Shown here one piece after another: positions 1 through 11,784 of a stretch of 64,000 nt of DNA. A model generated the notes under the pieces. It had not been told where the DNA came from and did not search any database. It saw only the letters and a program-made list of their open reading frames with translations. The stretch lies in NCBI GenBank assembly GCA_964016885.1, contig OZ024743.1:88474001-88538000 (forward strand). Direction: 5' to 3'. Numbering within the stretch: the first letter of the stretch is position 1; every line of letters starts with the position of its first letter. This stretch comes from Eledone cirrhosa (taxonomy: Eukaryota). The translations under genes were made by a program, and so were the position numbers.

Positions 1-1454
1 TGAGCCTATAATTCAAATGTGCAGCCTTGTCACACTACATCATATTAATTCAACTTAAAAATTACATTAGCCCTTTTGCTATCAAACCAACCAAAACTGT
101 CCCTCATTTTATGGTATAGAACTGTTTGCTTGAAAGTGTTCATATTTATCTGAAACCCTTCCATTATAATTCTATGTAAGAAACTTTGTTAGATTATCTT
201 CCAAATACTATCTATTACTAAATATTTCCAAATTTTTTTATTCTTTTCAAAATTATTTGGAAATCCTGGACAGTGTCTTTCATTAGACATCATCATCATC
301 ACCATTTAATGTCCATTTTCCATTCTTGCATGGGTTAGACAGGTCCTCCACGTCGAGAGACAAATCTAGCGAAAATTGGCCACGCCGTATCTTACTCAGA
401 TGGGACTGTAAATTTGGCTGGGAATTTTACAGCTGGATGCCCTTCCTAGCACCAACCACATTTACCGTGTGGAATATATTAAGAAAAGTGTGGAATACTC
501 AACCACTTTGCATGTTATTTCAATGAGTAAGTTGATCAAACATTTGGATGCTCAATGAGAAAGTCCATCATCATTACTCACTTTGGTACACCAAATGTAA
601 GAATGAAGAAATATTAACCTATTTGATACCAAACTACTGCTGCTTCTACATTAGAAAACTGTTTTAAAGTGTATAGCATCATCATCATCACCACTTAAAG
701 CTTATTTTAAATCTTGCATGGGTTAGATGCACTGTGATGTACTGATGTTAGATTGGTTAGGTAATCATGTCTTCTCATACATTCCATTTTTAGCTTGGTT
801 TCTATGACTGGATGCCATTCCTAATCTCAACCATTTTTCAGAGTGTACTGGGAGCATTTTAAAGGTTGGACTGGGTGCTGTGTATATTTATCTAAAAATG
901 TTTCACCATAATTTTATGTAAGAAATGTAACATCTGGTCTAGTCACAAGGTTAACTGTAGTATCTGGTATGGTCACAAGGTTAGTTGTAACATCTAGTCT
1001 GGTCACAAGGTTAACTGGATTGACATTGTGTACACAGACACTATATCGAAGCCCACCAGATGAAATGAGTCTGTAATTCAAATGTGCAGTCTTGTTACAT
1101 TGTGTGATGCTGATTAACATTGGGTATACAGACGCTATATGTAAGCCCACCAGATGAAATGAGCCTAATTCAGACATGCAGCCTTGTTACAATATGTCAT
1201 GCTGATTTGACTATGTGGTGTCTTTGGTAAACTATCTATTACCTTAGCCTTGGATTGACATTTGGTATACAGATACTATATGGAAGCCCAGATGAAATAA
1301 GTCTGTAATTCAGGCATGCAGCCTCATCACACTGTCTCATGCTGATTCAACTTAAGAATAATATTAGGCTTTTTGATATCAAACCACCCAAAACTGTCCC
1401 TGGTTTTATGATAAAGAAGTTTGTTTGAAAGTATTCATATTTATCTGAAACCCT
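1..1454. repeat. Locally duplicated degenerate repeats: ~110-120 bp units at ~1010-1350, and 1-158 duplicated at ~1298-1454
   Basis: The motif 'gtatacagac.ctatat..aagccca..agatgaaatgagcct.taattca..atgcagcct' recurs three times. The first 158 bp align with 1298-1454, including the end of a TTAA-type MITE. Confidence 0.7.
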
Positions 1455-1690
1455 GTAATTAATGTTACAGATTAACTGTAACATCTGGTCTGGTCACAAG
1501 TTTAACTGGATATCTGCTCTGGTTAACTGTAAATCTGGTTTGGTCACAAGATTAGTTGTAACATCTGGTCTGGTTACAATGTTAACTGTGACATCTGGCC
1601 ACAAAGAGAGCTGTGGCATCTGATCTGGACACAAGACTAATCCTAATATCTGTTCTGGACCTGAGGTTAAAATCTGGTCTGGGCATAAGA
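925..1690. repeat. 30-bp minisatellite (catctggtctggtcacaaggttaactgtaa) in two blocks, ~925-1020 and ~1460-1690
   Basis: Tandem units are directly visible. They explain the VTRPDVTTNL repeats in the minus-strand ORFs. Confidence 0.85.
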
Positions 1691-1815
1691 TCAATGCTAC
1701 TTCTGACATTCAATTTCATATGTACCAATACAATATGTTAATTAATCCAAAAGTTGTCTCACAATAAATGAGATAAAATATTAATTAAATATTTAGTCAA
1801 GAATTGATCCCTTAA

Positions 1816-2024
1816 CCTTTTAGCATTTAAACTGTCCAGAATTCTCTCACCTCCTTCTGTTCAAACCGGCCGTAACCTGACACTCATACTGATGTTAAGG
1901 TATTGTTCTCAAAATAAACAATCCCAAAATCTCATAGATTTAATATTATGAGATAGTTATGTGAGATAAAGTTTTTACCATGAAAATACAATAGTATATA
2001 TAGAGTAATGTAAATGCTAAAGGG
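1816..2024 (+). mobile_element. piggyBac-like MITE, family A
   Basis: TTAA|CC(C/T)TTTAGCATTTA ... TAAATGCTAAAGGG|TTAA terminal inverted repeats with a TTAA target duplication; three more copies in the window. Confidence 0.85.
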
Positions 2025-2107
2025 TTAAATATAGGGAAGTGTTTGACACTGGTCCCTATTTTTTGTAGGGAGCAAGAAGCCCTAGAGTAATTAGAGAGAA
2101 CTAAAGA

Positions 2108-2460
2108 GGTGTGAAGTTGTTAAATGGGCAGAATCAATAGAGCATCAGACAAAATACCTCACAGCATTTGTTCCAATTCTTGACATGCCCAGTTCAAATC
2201 CTGCTGAGGGCAATTTTGCTTTTCATCATTCCAAGGTTAATAAAAGAATAATTTCAGGGTGGTGAATTGGCAGAATGAGCAAAACATCAAACAAGATGGT
2301 TTGCAGTAATTTTTTCAGTTTTTAATTCAAATCCTGCTAAGGACAATTTTTGCCTTTCATCTTGCCAAGGTCAATAAAATGAAGTAATCAGTTCAGGGTG
2401 GTGAAGTGGCAGAATTGTTAGAACATCAAACAAAATGCTTTATAGTATTTCTTTTGTATT
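2108..2460 (+). mobile_element. Tandem cluster of tRNA-derived Meta-domain SINE copies
   Basis: Head ggtggtgaattggcagaat, box B gttcaaatcc, and core tttgcctttcatc...ggtcaataaaat, repeated head-to-tail. Confidence 0.75.
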
Positions 2461-2519
2461 TATTGTAAGTACTCAGGTAGGTGTGGCAAATATGTGTGCA
2501 CTTAGCAGACAAGATGGTC

Positions 2520-2725
2520 TTCTTCTTCTTCTTCTTCTTTGTCAACTTATTCTTGAGAGGGTTGTGGGGGAAGAGTCCTCAAACAATCCTTACAGAAGCA
2601 ACCATCTCCAATTGATCTGGCTGGATCTCCAAGCGAGACCTGCCAAACTCATAGATGTTATCCAACCATCTCGCTCAGGGTCTACCCCTGAGACTCCTGC
2701 TGGCTGGTTTTGCTAATAAAATCTG
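2520..2725 (-). mobile_element. 3' fragment of a second RTE/BovB-like LINE family
   Basis: Reverse complement matches the 3' part of 29280-29786 (GRP..RWLDNI) and ends in a (GAA)n tail. Confidence 0.6.
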
Positions 2726-3399
2726 TCCACCACATATGGTGCCTTATAAAAAAAACCTGAAGGTAGACAACAAAGAAACAGCACTATCATCTATATTTTC
2801 CCTGCTTGCATGAGTTAAATAAGTTGTCATGTTCTGAGGGACACGGAGAAGGATGGGCTCAGCCAGGTTTAAAGAAATACTGTATGCCACTATGGGACCC
2901 CTCTGTCTCTATCAAGACTTATGGGTCCATACATACATATTCTGAAGCTAGACTAATTAGGTGACCATGTTTTACACATATGTTCCATTTTTGGCTTGGT
3001 TTCTATGGCTGCATCCCCTTCTTACACCATACACTGGGAGCATATCTTCTATGACTGGACGCCTTTCCTAACACCAACCTTTTTACAGTGTGTATGAGGA
3101 ACATTCTATTGTCATTCTGAAACTAAAAGGTCCATGGGAAGCACATTGCTCTTGTTGGGGCAGTCACAATGGAAGCCTTTATTGACATGATGGCACAGGG
3201 AAGGGAAAGATGCACACATCATTCCCTTCCTTGTGCAAAAAGTGGATCAGCAGTCAGCTGACCTGTACGATGTTCCCATAACCCTAACTGTAACAATGGG
3301 TTCACTAAAAACAAAACACCAGGAAGGAAAGTTTAGTCTAGACTTCCACCATGACCATCACCACTATCTGAATGTTCAACAATGAAGATTTTAATCTAT

Positions 3400-3690
3400 T
3401 TATCTGTCTGTCTATCTATCTATCTATCTATCTGTCTGTCTGTCTGTCTATCTATCATTTTACACGTTTTTATTGTATGTAAACTTCCTCCTTTGTATTT
3501 GTCCCCTTCTTTTGTGCCCCTGTGGCTAATAAAGAAACATATCTATCTATCTATCTATCTATCTGTCTGTCTGTCTGTCTATCTATCATTTTACACGTTT
3601 TTATTGTATGTAAACTTCCCCCTTTGTATTTGTCCCCTTCTTTTGTGCCCCTGTGGCTAATAAAGAAACATATCTATCTATCTATCTATC
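3400..3690. repeat. ~130-bp tandem duplication built around (TCTA)n/(TCTG)n
   Basis: 3449-3541 is repeated almost exactly at 3579-3671. Confidence 0.9.
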
Positions 3691-4329
3691 CCTTTCTCTG
3701 TCAAACAATCTATTTGTCTGTTTCTCTGTCAATCTATCTATCTAAATGGAGTGACCAATGTTATCTCAGAATATCAAAACCACAAATTATGCAGGGCCAA
3801 ACATGTCATAGGATTCACAGAGACCAGTTGTTGAGTGGTATTCAAGAGATGGGAAGAAACCACTTGGAAGACATCAAAGACAGTGCAAAATGACATAGTG
3901 AAATAGTGTGGGTCAAAATGGGAGAGAAGGTTGCAATCATTGGAAGAATGGACACACATTGTGACTAGCAATGTATATGTCATAAAAGTCATAAACAAGA
4001 AAATGGGCAAATAAATAAGTTTTAATTGCTAGAAATTTGATACTCAAATTTCTTTTTTCTTTCTACAAGAACAAATTTAGAAATTTTCCACCACACACAC
4101 AATTTATATTTATATTAATACAAACATAATAGTATATATGTAACAGTATATGATTGTATAAAATGTGATGCAGTACTGGGGATTGTATATGTAGATGAGA
4201 TCAACTAAATAACATATATATGTGATTTTGTAATATATTAGTTCACATAAAATAAAATTGTGTATTATATAATACCCTTGCAAGCAGGGAAAAGCGGACG
4301 TAAAATGAAATGATGATGATGAATACATA

Positions 4330-5193
4330 TGTTCTGAAAGTACAGTAGACAGAGTGAGAACAGATGGAGAAAGTTCAGGGGGCTACTATGGCTACTAGCT
4401 ACTAAAGGTTTCCCCATCAAAATGAAGGGCAGATTGTATGATGCGCATATATGAAAAGCAATGCTGCATGGTAGTCAGTAAGACCTGAGCATTGTTTGCA
4501 GAGGACTTACAAAAATTAGGAATAAATGAAGCTTACATGCTCTAATGGATGTGTAATAAATAGTAATACACATGAATGGTGAAGCATAAATGAACTGAGA
4601 GTGAAACTAGCCATGAGAGAGATCAGATGTAGTGTGCAGGAGAGGAGATTGCATTGGTATGGACAAGTGATGTGTTGAAGAATGACAGCTATATAAAAAG
4701 GTGCAGGTGCTCAAAGCTGGAATTAGATGATAAAAACTGACCTTGTACAATTGCACTTCTTAAAGGCGATGGCAGAAGATCGAGATCTCTGGTGTTTTGC
4801 AGTAATACAGAGGACATGCTTTCCCATATGCATGGGTTGAAACATACATTTTCTATGCACTACCTTCCATCCCCACCCCCATCCATACACCTCCTACGTC
4901 CTAACACCCCACCTTTCATCCATGTCCCTACAACCTCACCCATCACCAGATAAGTGTCCCACCTTAGATCTATCTCTCCAATCCCCACATACCCCAGCTC
5001 CCAGTCCATACTATAAAGTGGTCATTTTGGTACCACAACAAAAAGCACCCAGTCTGCACTGTTAAGTGGTCGTGTAGGTGTCACGACAAAAAGTGCCCAG
5101 TCTACACTGTAACTGCAGTTGGCGTTTGGAAGGGCATCCAGCCATAGAAATCATGTCAGTGTGGAAAAATGGACGTTAAATAGTGATGATGAT
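4330..5193 (+). mobile_element. Degraded 5'-truncated RTE LINE copy
   Basis: Homologous to 13395-14085 (KGFSLKMKGRLYDAC...WYGHVM region plus 3' UTR) with stops; (ATG)n tail. Confidence 0.85.
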
Positions 5194-6234
5194 ATATTTA
5201 TATATATACGTACATACACTCACACAATATATATATATATATATATATATATACAGCCATTTTTATATTATATAATCACCGATATACGTTATTATTTAAT
5301 TTATCTTATCTATATATACAATTCTACCGCAGGTGATAACGAGACTAAGGCACTGGAGCAACTAAGCATCCTTACAGACATTACCTAATACATGGTTAAG
5401 GCGAGCCGCCAACGATAACAATAGCTTTATTGTCAGCGACTCAGCTCCTCCAGATGGAAAAAATAGTTTGTCGATAACTATTTTTTAAATAGATTTTTTA
5501 TTTGTTAGAGCGTTGGATAAAATGGTTCGCTCGCGGTATTTAGGTACGGTTTTTATGTTCTAAGTTCAAATACTCTCGCGGTCAACTTTATTTTGCATCC
5601 TTATGGGTCGATAAAATAGAGTAAGTACTGAGTCTTTTTAATCAACAGTCCCATCCCTGATCTCAACATTTTTTACCTAAATTACAAACCAAAATTCGGC
5701 TGGGAGTAAACATAATTTACTACAAGTGAGAGAGTTCTCCCACACTGTCGTATCATTTATCTTTCTTTCTCATGTTTTACAATTCCCCTTTTCTATCTGA
5801 TACAGTTTTTTTTAAAACCATCAATCAACACTTTTCTCATTTGCTCTTCAGAATTCACCTTAAATCTTAGTTACCATCTCCTGTACTACCTGAAACCACA
5901 TTAACAGTGAGTGAGTGAGTGATTATTATTTATTTGGCTTTTATTATCTGCCCCTGACAAAGCGGTAGTCTCGCCTGCTAGCTGCTAGATGTCACCACGT
6001 GTATAAAGAGGTGATGTCGCTTAAATGGAGATCTAGTCATAACTGTAGTAAAAAAAAAAGGTTGCGGCGTTAAACAGGCAACAAATAATGGGGCTTTTTA
6101 TTAACAGATCGCTTACAAGGCTGTTCCAGGACAACTACCTTCCTTTTAAGGAATGCGCTGTGACCGCACTAGTATAGCAACCAGAGAAAGAGGGAAAAAG
6201 AGAGAGACAATATTGAAGTGAAGTAAAGAAAGCT

Positions 6235-6529
6235 GTTGTTTTCTAATTTAAAGCACAAGCCCAGCAATTATACGGAGGTAGTACAGTCGATTATATTGAC
6301 CTCAGTATTGAATGGTACTTTATTTTATTGACCCCCAGAAAGGCAAAGTTGACCTCGGCTAGGTTACTTTGTCCAGCGCTCTAAGTGATCCAATCAATTC
6401 ACCACTTTAACAATGATTTCTAATTAAGACACAAGGCCGGCAATTTGGGGGAGGAGAAGTCAATTAAATCGACCTCAGAAGGATGAAAGTAAAGTTAACC
6501 TTGGCCGGATTTGAACTCAAATACCTTAA
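6235..6529 (-). mobile_element. Tandem Meta-domain SINE fragments
   Basis: gcacaaggccagcaatt ... gaaaggcaaagttgacctcggc ... gatttgaactc is the reverse complement of the SINE body. Confidence 0.7.
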
Positions 6530-6729
6530 NNNNNNNNNNNNNNNNNNNNNNNNNNNNNNNNNNNNNNNNNNNNNNNNNNNNNNNNNNNNNNNNNNNNNNN
6601 NNNNNNNNNNNNNNNNNNNNNNNNNNNNNNNNNNNNNNNNNNNNNNNNNNNNNNNNNNNNNNNNNNNNNNNNNNNNNNNNNNNNNNNNNNNNNNNNNNNN
6701 NNNNNNNNNNNNNNNNNNNNNNNNNNNNN
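6530..6729. other. Assembly gap (200 N)
   Basis: Run of N. Confidence 1.
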
Positions 6730-7060
6730 CTCACCCTGCCTCTCTTACTATGCCACTTTCTCCTTACCCCCTTCCTCACTTCCTCAGCCTATATCACTTC
6801 CCCATCTCTCACTTCATTACTTTCTCTCTCCATCATTCAATCATTTCCTCATCGTATCTTTCTCCTTCTCTCTCACTCCATTACGTTTCTTCAATCTCAC
6901 TCTCTCTGTTTTTCTCACTCCCTCACTTTCTCTCCGGCTTCCATATTTCTCTTCCTTACCGGCTTTTTTTATTTCTCCTTTTCTATTCTTTCTCCTGTTC
7001 ATTTCCTCCTACTTTCCTCTTCTCATCCTTACAACTCCAACCCTCTATCTCTCTCTCTAT
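6730..7060. repeat. Polypyrimidine (CT-rich) low-complexity tract
   Basis: Almost exclusively C/T on the + strand. Confidence 0.85.
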
Positions 7061-8746
7061 TTAACCACCAAGATATTTGCGCTCGTTTTCTCTCCGTCAA
7101 TTATCTATTCCCCATCCTTCCCTCCACGATACATTATTCTTTCACTTTCAATAAACGATGCTTGCAATTGCAAAATTTCTTCACAATAATATTTCCACTG
7201 CGTTATCTCTTCTTTTCCCGCAGCTACGGCAGGCAGTTCTATACTTTATCTATTTACCTGTTTTCTTTATAGCTGCCCTGCTCTTCCGCCGCCTTCCTAG
7301 CAATAATATTTCCTTACGTAAGCATACAGACATATTCAGATTTATGAGGCAGCAAGGAGAGAGAAAGAGCAGATTATGTGAGGTTTATCTCTACCTAAAG
7401 GGATATGTATTTGGGAACGGGCTATCGGTTCACACCCCAGGGAGTTTCTCTCTGCACCATTCTCATTTATACAATTATAATTATCTTTAATAGATTCATT
7501 AGGAATTAAATTAATGTGATGAATTTTCGTTAAAAATTGTTGTGTCGATCAAGCCAGCACCAGATTAATTTTAATTAAAGTAAAAGTGTATGGGAGAACA
7601 AGATAAAGATTATCTTCAGCTAAATTTAAGTTCTAATATTATTCAAAGAGCTATTAGTCACCATGTGTAAAAATTCTCTAAGGATGTTATTTTTTTACCA
7701 TTATTGTTTGTTAATTTTCGAAAATTACTACAGTTCCTTCCTTTGCAAGAAAATTTTCCTAATTTTTATTAAGTTTTCTTATGGCTATGAAAGGTTGGGG
7801 AAGAAAGAAAGAAAGAAAGAAAACCTTGCTAACGGACAAATCACATTGTATCAGTCCATGTTGTAGAGAAATAAAACGGAAAATCGATGCCATATAATAA
7901 TATATTGAACTATTTATGGTTCTTCGAAAGAAAAGGAGCCCAAAACAATTTAAATGTCTAGAAGAACGAAGAAAAGGAGAACCAATTCAATCGCTGACCT
8001 AAAGAGATATTACCCTATGTTAAAATTCCTTTTAATATAGACATAAGGACAGAAATTTGAAGAGAAGGGTTAGTAAATTAAATTGACCCAGTACTTCACT
8101 TAATTCTTAAGTTGTAAGGGTGCTTCAAATCTGTCAGAGCCTATCCTCTCTCCAGGTCTAAACATGGCCAATTTCATCCAGAGATATAGAAGAAAAATTG
8201 ACTACAGTACTGGACTGTTACCTTTTTTTATCAACCTTGAAAGAATGAAAGGCAAAGTTGACCTTGGTGAGATTTGAACTCAGGGCTAAAATGAATACTT
8301 CAAAGCATTCTATCTGACATTCTAATGATCTGCCAATTTGCTGCAATATAGTAAATATTGTAGAGTAAAGAAGTTCCTTGGAATGAACTATGTGAGTTAA
8401 TTTTTGACTCCCAGCTGAAGTCAATTCACTTCAGTCAAGTTGTAAAGTGAACATTTAAATGTTTCACTGAAATGTATTCAGCAATAAATCTATGAATAAC
8501 TGAGCTACCAGAGATGTGTGTGTAAGAGAGAGAGAGAGGGGGAGTTTGATGAGGCACTAGAAAGAAGTAGAATTTTCAAATGAATTGTTTAATTGCAAAT
8601 AAATGATGATGATGATGAAATATTGTTTTCTTCTTTCCTCTAAGAGAGGGGAGATGTGTGGGATAGAAGACTAAAACAATTGAATTTAAACAGAAAATAA
8701 TCCATTATGACATTAAGATATATTTAGAGGCAATCTATTCCATGTG

Positions 8747-9025
8747 AAGGCAGTGAATTGGCAGAGATGCTAGACATAGGATAGAATGCTTTGCAGTATT
8801 TGTTTTGCTATTCTGAGTTCAAATCCTGCTGAGGTTAACTTTCTTTCATTCTTTCGATGTCACTTGTTTCTCTATATCTCTTTCTCACTTCCTCTCTCTC
8901 TTTCCATTTCTCTGGAAGAAATCAGCTATGTTCAGACCTGGAGAAGGGATGGGCTCCACCCAGATTAAAATATCACTATGGCACCCCTACGACTCCATAA
9001 GGTTTTACAGGTCCATACATACATA
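8747..9025 (+). mobile_element. Meta-domain SINE, subfamily with an alternative 3' tail
   Basis: SINE head and box B followed by gaagaaatcagctatgttcagacctggaga...ggcacccc...gtccatacatacata. The same tail occurs reversed at ~28375-28710, 54810-55080 and 57030-57315. Confidence 0.7.
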
Positions 9026-9694
9026 TTATTTTCAGTGTTGGCAGATTGACAGAATTAGTAGAGTATTGGCAAAAATGTCTCATAGTATTTTAGCTACACT
9101 CCTTTTCATTCTGAGTTTAAATCCTGATCAGCTTGATGTAGCTTTTCATCCATCTGAGGTCGATAAAATAAGTACTAATCAAATACTAAAATCTAACAAA
9201 TTGACTACATACGCCTTTGAAAGAGATGCCTGTGCATGGTCACAGTCCAATAAGTAACTGTAGTAGATGGAGACTTCTGGTGTTCTTGGCCCTAGGACCA
9301 CCTCCCTACTCATCACAATTGGCATGGAGTTGGCTGCCCGCAGGTATGAGCCATGAAAGCTGGAATGGCTCTTCCAACATGTCTTCCTCACCATCCTCCA
9401 AAGAAAAGCTTTCTCTATTCTGTCCACTGAAGCTGTGGGGCAGCCACCACGTGGGCCCCCATTTGCTTATAATAGTGAGAGATGGGGAGCGAGAGAGATG
9501 GAGGCAGTGACTATACCAGCATTGCTGAAGTATTTTAAGTTAAAGGTTAAGTGATTTTACGATAAATAGATAAATATCACTTATTCATTTTCCTATACCA
9601 CCAACATTCAAAAGCAAAGCCCTGATGATTTCTTTTGAACGAAACAGTTCTAGTCTTGTAGAACCTATTTCTATATTAAACATGATATATATAT

Positions 9695-9732
<38 letters not shown>

Positions 9733-9919
9733 TTTATATTATATATGTGTAGCATCATCTCATTTAACATCCATTTTCCAACTAGCAAAAATTGAACAGG
9801 TCATCATTGACCAAGTCACTATCAATACTGAACCAGAGCTACTGATTTCATACTCTACAGAGTGCACCATCTATTTCATAACAGCATCAGCAGTAGTGAG
9901 GTAGAGTCCTCAAGCACAC

Positions 9920-10130
9920 CTTGTAGCAGGTCCTTTTGGAAGCAACCATCTCCAATTAATCCGGCTGGATCCCCAAGCGGGATCAGCCAAACTCATGGAT
10001 GTTATCCAACAATCTTTAGCCCTTACTCTCCTGCCAGTTGGTTTTGCCCCAAAAATCTGTCTATCGATTCTTTCCCTAGACCCTCTGACTAAATGTTCAT
10101 AGTATCGGAGCTGTGATCTCTCAATACAGA
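9920..10130 (-). mobile_element. 3' fragment of the second RTE/BovB-like family
   Basis: Reverse complement aligns to 29525-29760. Confidence 0.6.
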
Positions 10131-10339
10131 TGTTTCAAAAGTAATTAATTACATTGCTAACTCTCCAAACAACCTTCTGCTGTATAAGTCTTCTACCAAT
10201 TATGCAGGTTCCATTGATTCCCAGGAACTCTCAGTCACTGATTAGTAGCTAAGATATAAACATAGAGATAAATATGGATTTCTTAAAATAGATCCAGCTT
10301 ACTGTGTTTGACAAAAAGATATTTTAACAACAAACTGGT

Positions 10340-10710
10340 TAAATGGTGGTAGTAGTAGTGGGTAGTGATGAAATGGTGGAGATCGTGTGATGGTGGAGAT
10401 GATGTGATGCTGAGGACGGTAATGGTGTGATGATGATGGTGATAGTGGTAGATGGTGTGGATAGTGATAGTGTGATGATGGTGATGGCATGATGATGTTG
10501 GTGGTGATGGTGGTAGTGGGTAGTGGTGTGATGATGTGGATGGTAATGGTATGATGATGGTGGTGATGATAGCAATAATAGTGGGTAGTGATGTGATGGT
10601 GGTGATGATGGTAATGGCATGATGATGATGCTGATGACATGATGGTGGTAGTGATGATAATGATGGTAGTGATGGTGATGATGATGGTAGTAGTGATGGT
10701 GATGATGTAA
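10340..10710. repeat. Degenerate (ATG/GTG/GTA)n trinucleotide tract
   Basis: Continuous tgatggtgatgg-type sequence; source of the His/Thr/Ile-rich ORFs. Confidence 0.9.
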
Positions 10711-11627
10711 TATGGTCTGGCATAAATTTTAATGTTTACTAAAAGAACAACTGATGGTTTTACCTTCATTTTGACCTTGCTATCAATTGTATTGATTTTC
10801 TGGGGGTTTTTTCTTTCTTTTTTTAGCCAGTTCATGTGCCCTGCACTCCGATTAGCTAAATAAATTGTTTGATAAAATTATTGAGAGTAAAAGCTATCAG
10901 AAGATGAATGTTCTAGAGTTTAATCAGCAAGCTGATAATAGTTGTTTATCTTATTCTATGCACTACTCTAGTGTAATTGAAAAAGTCAATTACTTGAGCT
11001 TTTTATGTTAACAGTTGTCTGACAATAGATGTAGAGAAAGTGAAGTGAATTGAAATGAAACAATTACACTCGAGAAACTAGTTAGACACAATTCATTGAA
11101 AAATTAACTACACCTGCCAAACAAAGGGTCAGGAAAACTCTTTAGCTGTGTCAAAGACATGACAATTTCCCTAGCTTTGGTGCCATGAAAAATGTTACAT
11201 CTTGCTTACGTACATTCCAGCTTCAGCATAGTTTCTAGAGCTGCATGCTCTTCCTCTCACCATAGTGTTGGTGAACTACATGCTAAACACACCCAATACA
11301 CTCTGTAAAGTGGTTGGTGATAGGAAGGCCATCCAGCCATAAAAAAAATTACCAAAGAGAGGGTTGTGAGGACTTTTCAGTTGTGTCAAAGATATTACAA
11401 CTGTGGTGCTGGTAATATATATGCAGTGACATAGCATGAGTGTGTGCCGCCAGGGGCAGCCCTTCAGTTTGCCCCCCTCACAAAAATTACATATTGCTCT
11501 TAATATATATATAACTCTTAAAGTTATATATATATGGTAACATGAATGGACCTGTTATTTTTATCAAAAGACATTTTTTCCAATTCCACCCCGCCCGTCC
11601 ATTCAATATATCTTATTTCTCATTCTT

Positions 11628-11663
11628 TCTTCTGATGAAGGTTTAGCATCCGAAACGTCAAGA
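11628..11663 (+). ncRNA. Minimal type I hammerhead ribozyme motif (Penelope-like)
   Basis: tctt-CTGATGA-a-gg(tttagcat)cc-GAAA-c-GTC-aaga: stem I tctt/aaga, short stem II, palindromic ACGT stem III, GUC cleavage triplet. Confidence 0.7.
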
Positions 11664-11744
11664 CCCTCTTCCTGCTATTTCAAGCATTAACCTAATATAT
11701 TCCTTCCATATACTGTACCGATTGTGTTGTTATTTACCTTTTAA

Positions 11745-11781
<37 letters not shown>

Positions 11782-11784
<3 letters not shown>

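Noticed and set aside
6483-7272. Long ORFs across 6.5-7.3 kb
   Set aside because: They span the N gap and a CT-rich low-complexity tract.
9622-9660. CTGATGA...GAAA hammerhead-like string
   Set aside because: Weak stem II and no stem I pairing.
10283-10835. His/Thr/Pro-rich ORFs resembling metal-binding proteins
   Set aside because: All three frames are open because of a degenerate (CAT/CAC)n microsatellite; no splice or codon evidence.
11722-11781. N-terminus MCCYLPFKYIHIYIY of the 562-aa ORF
   Set aside because: Read-through from flanking DNA and (TA)n; the LINE is 5'-truncated at ~11782.
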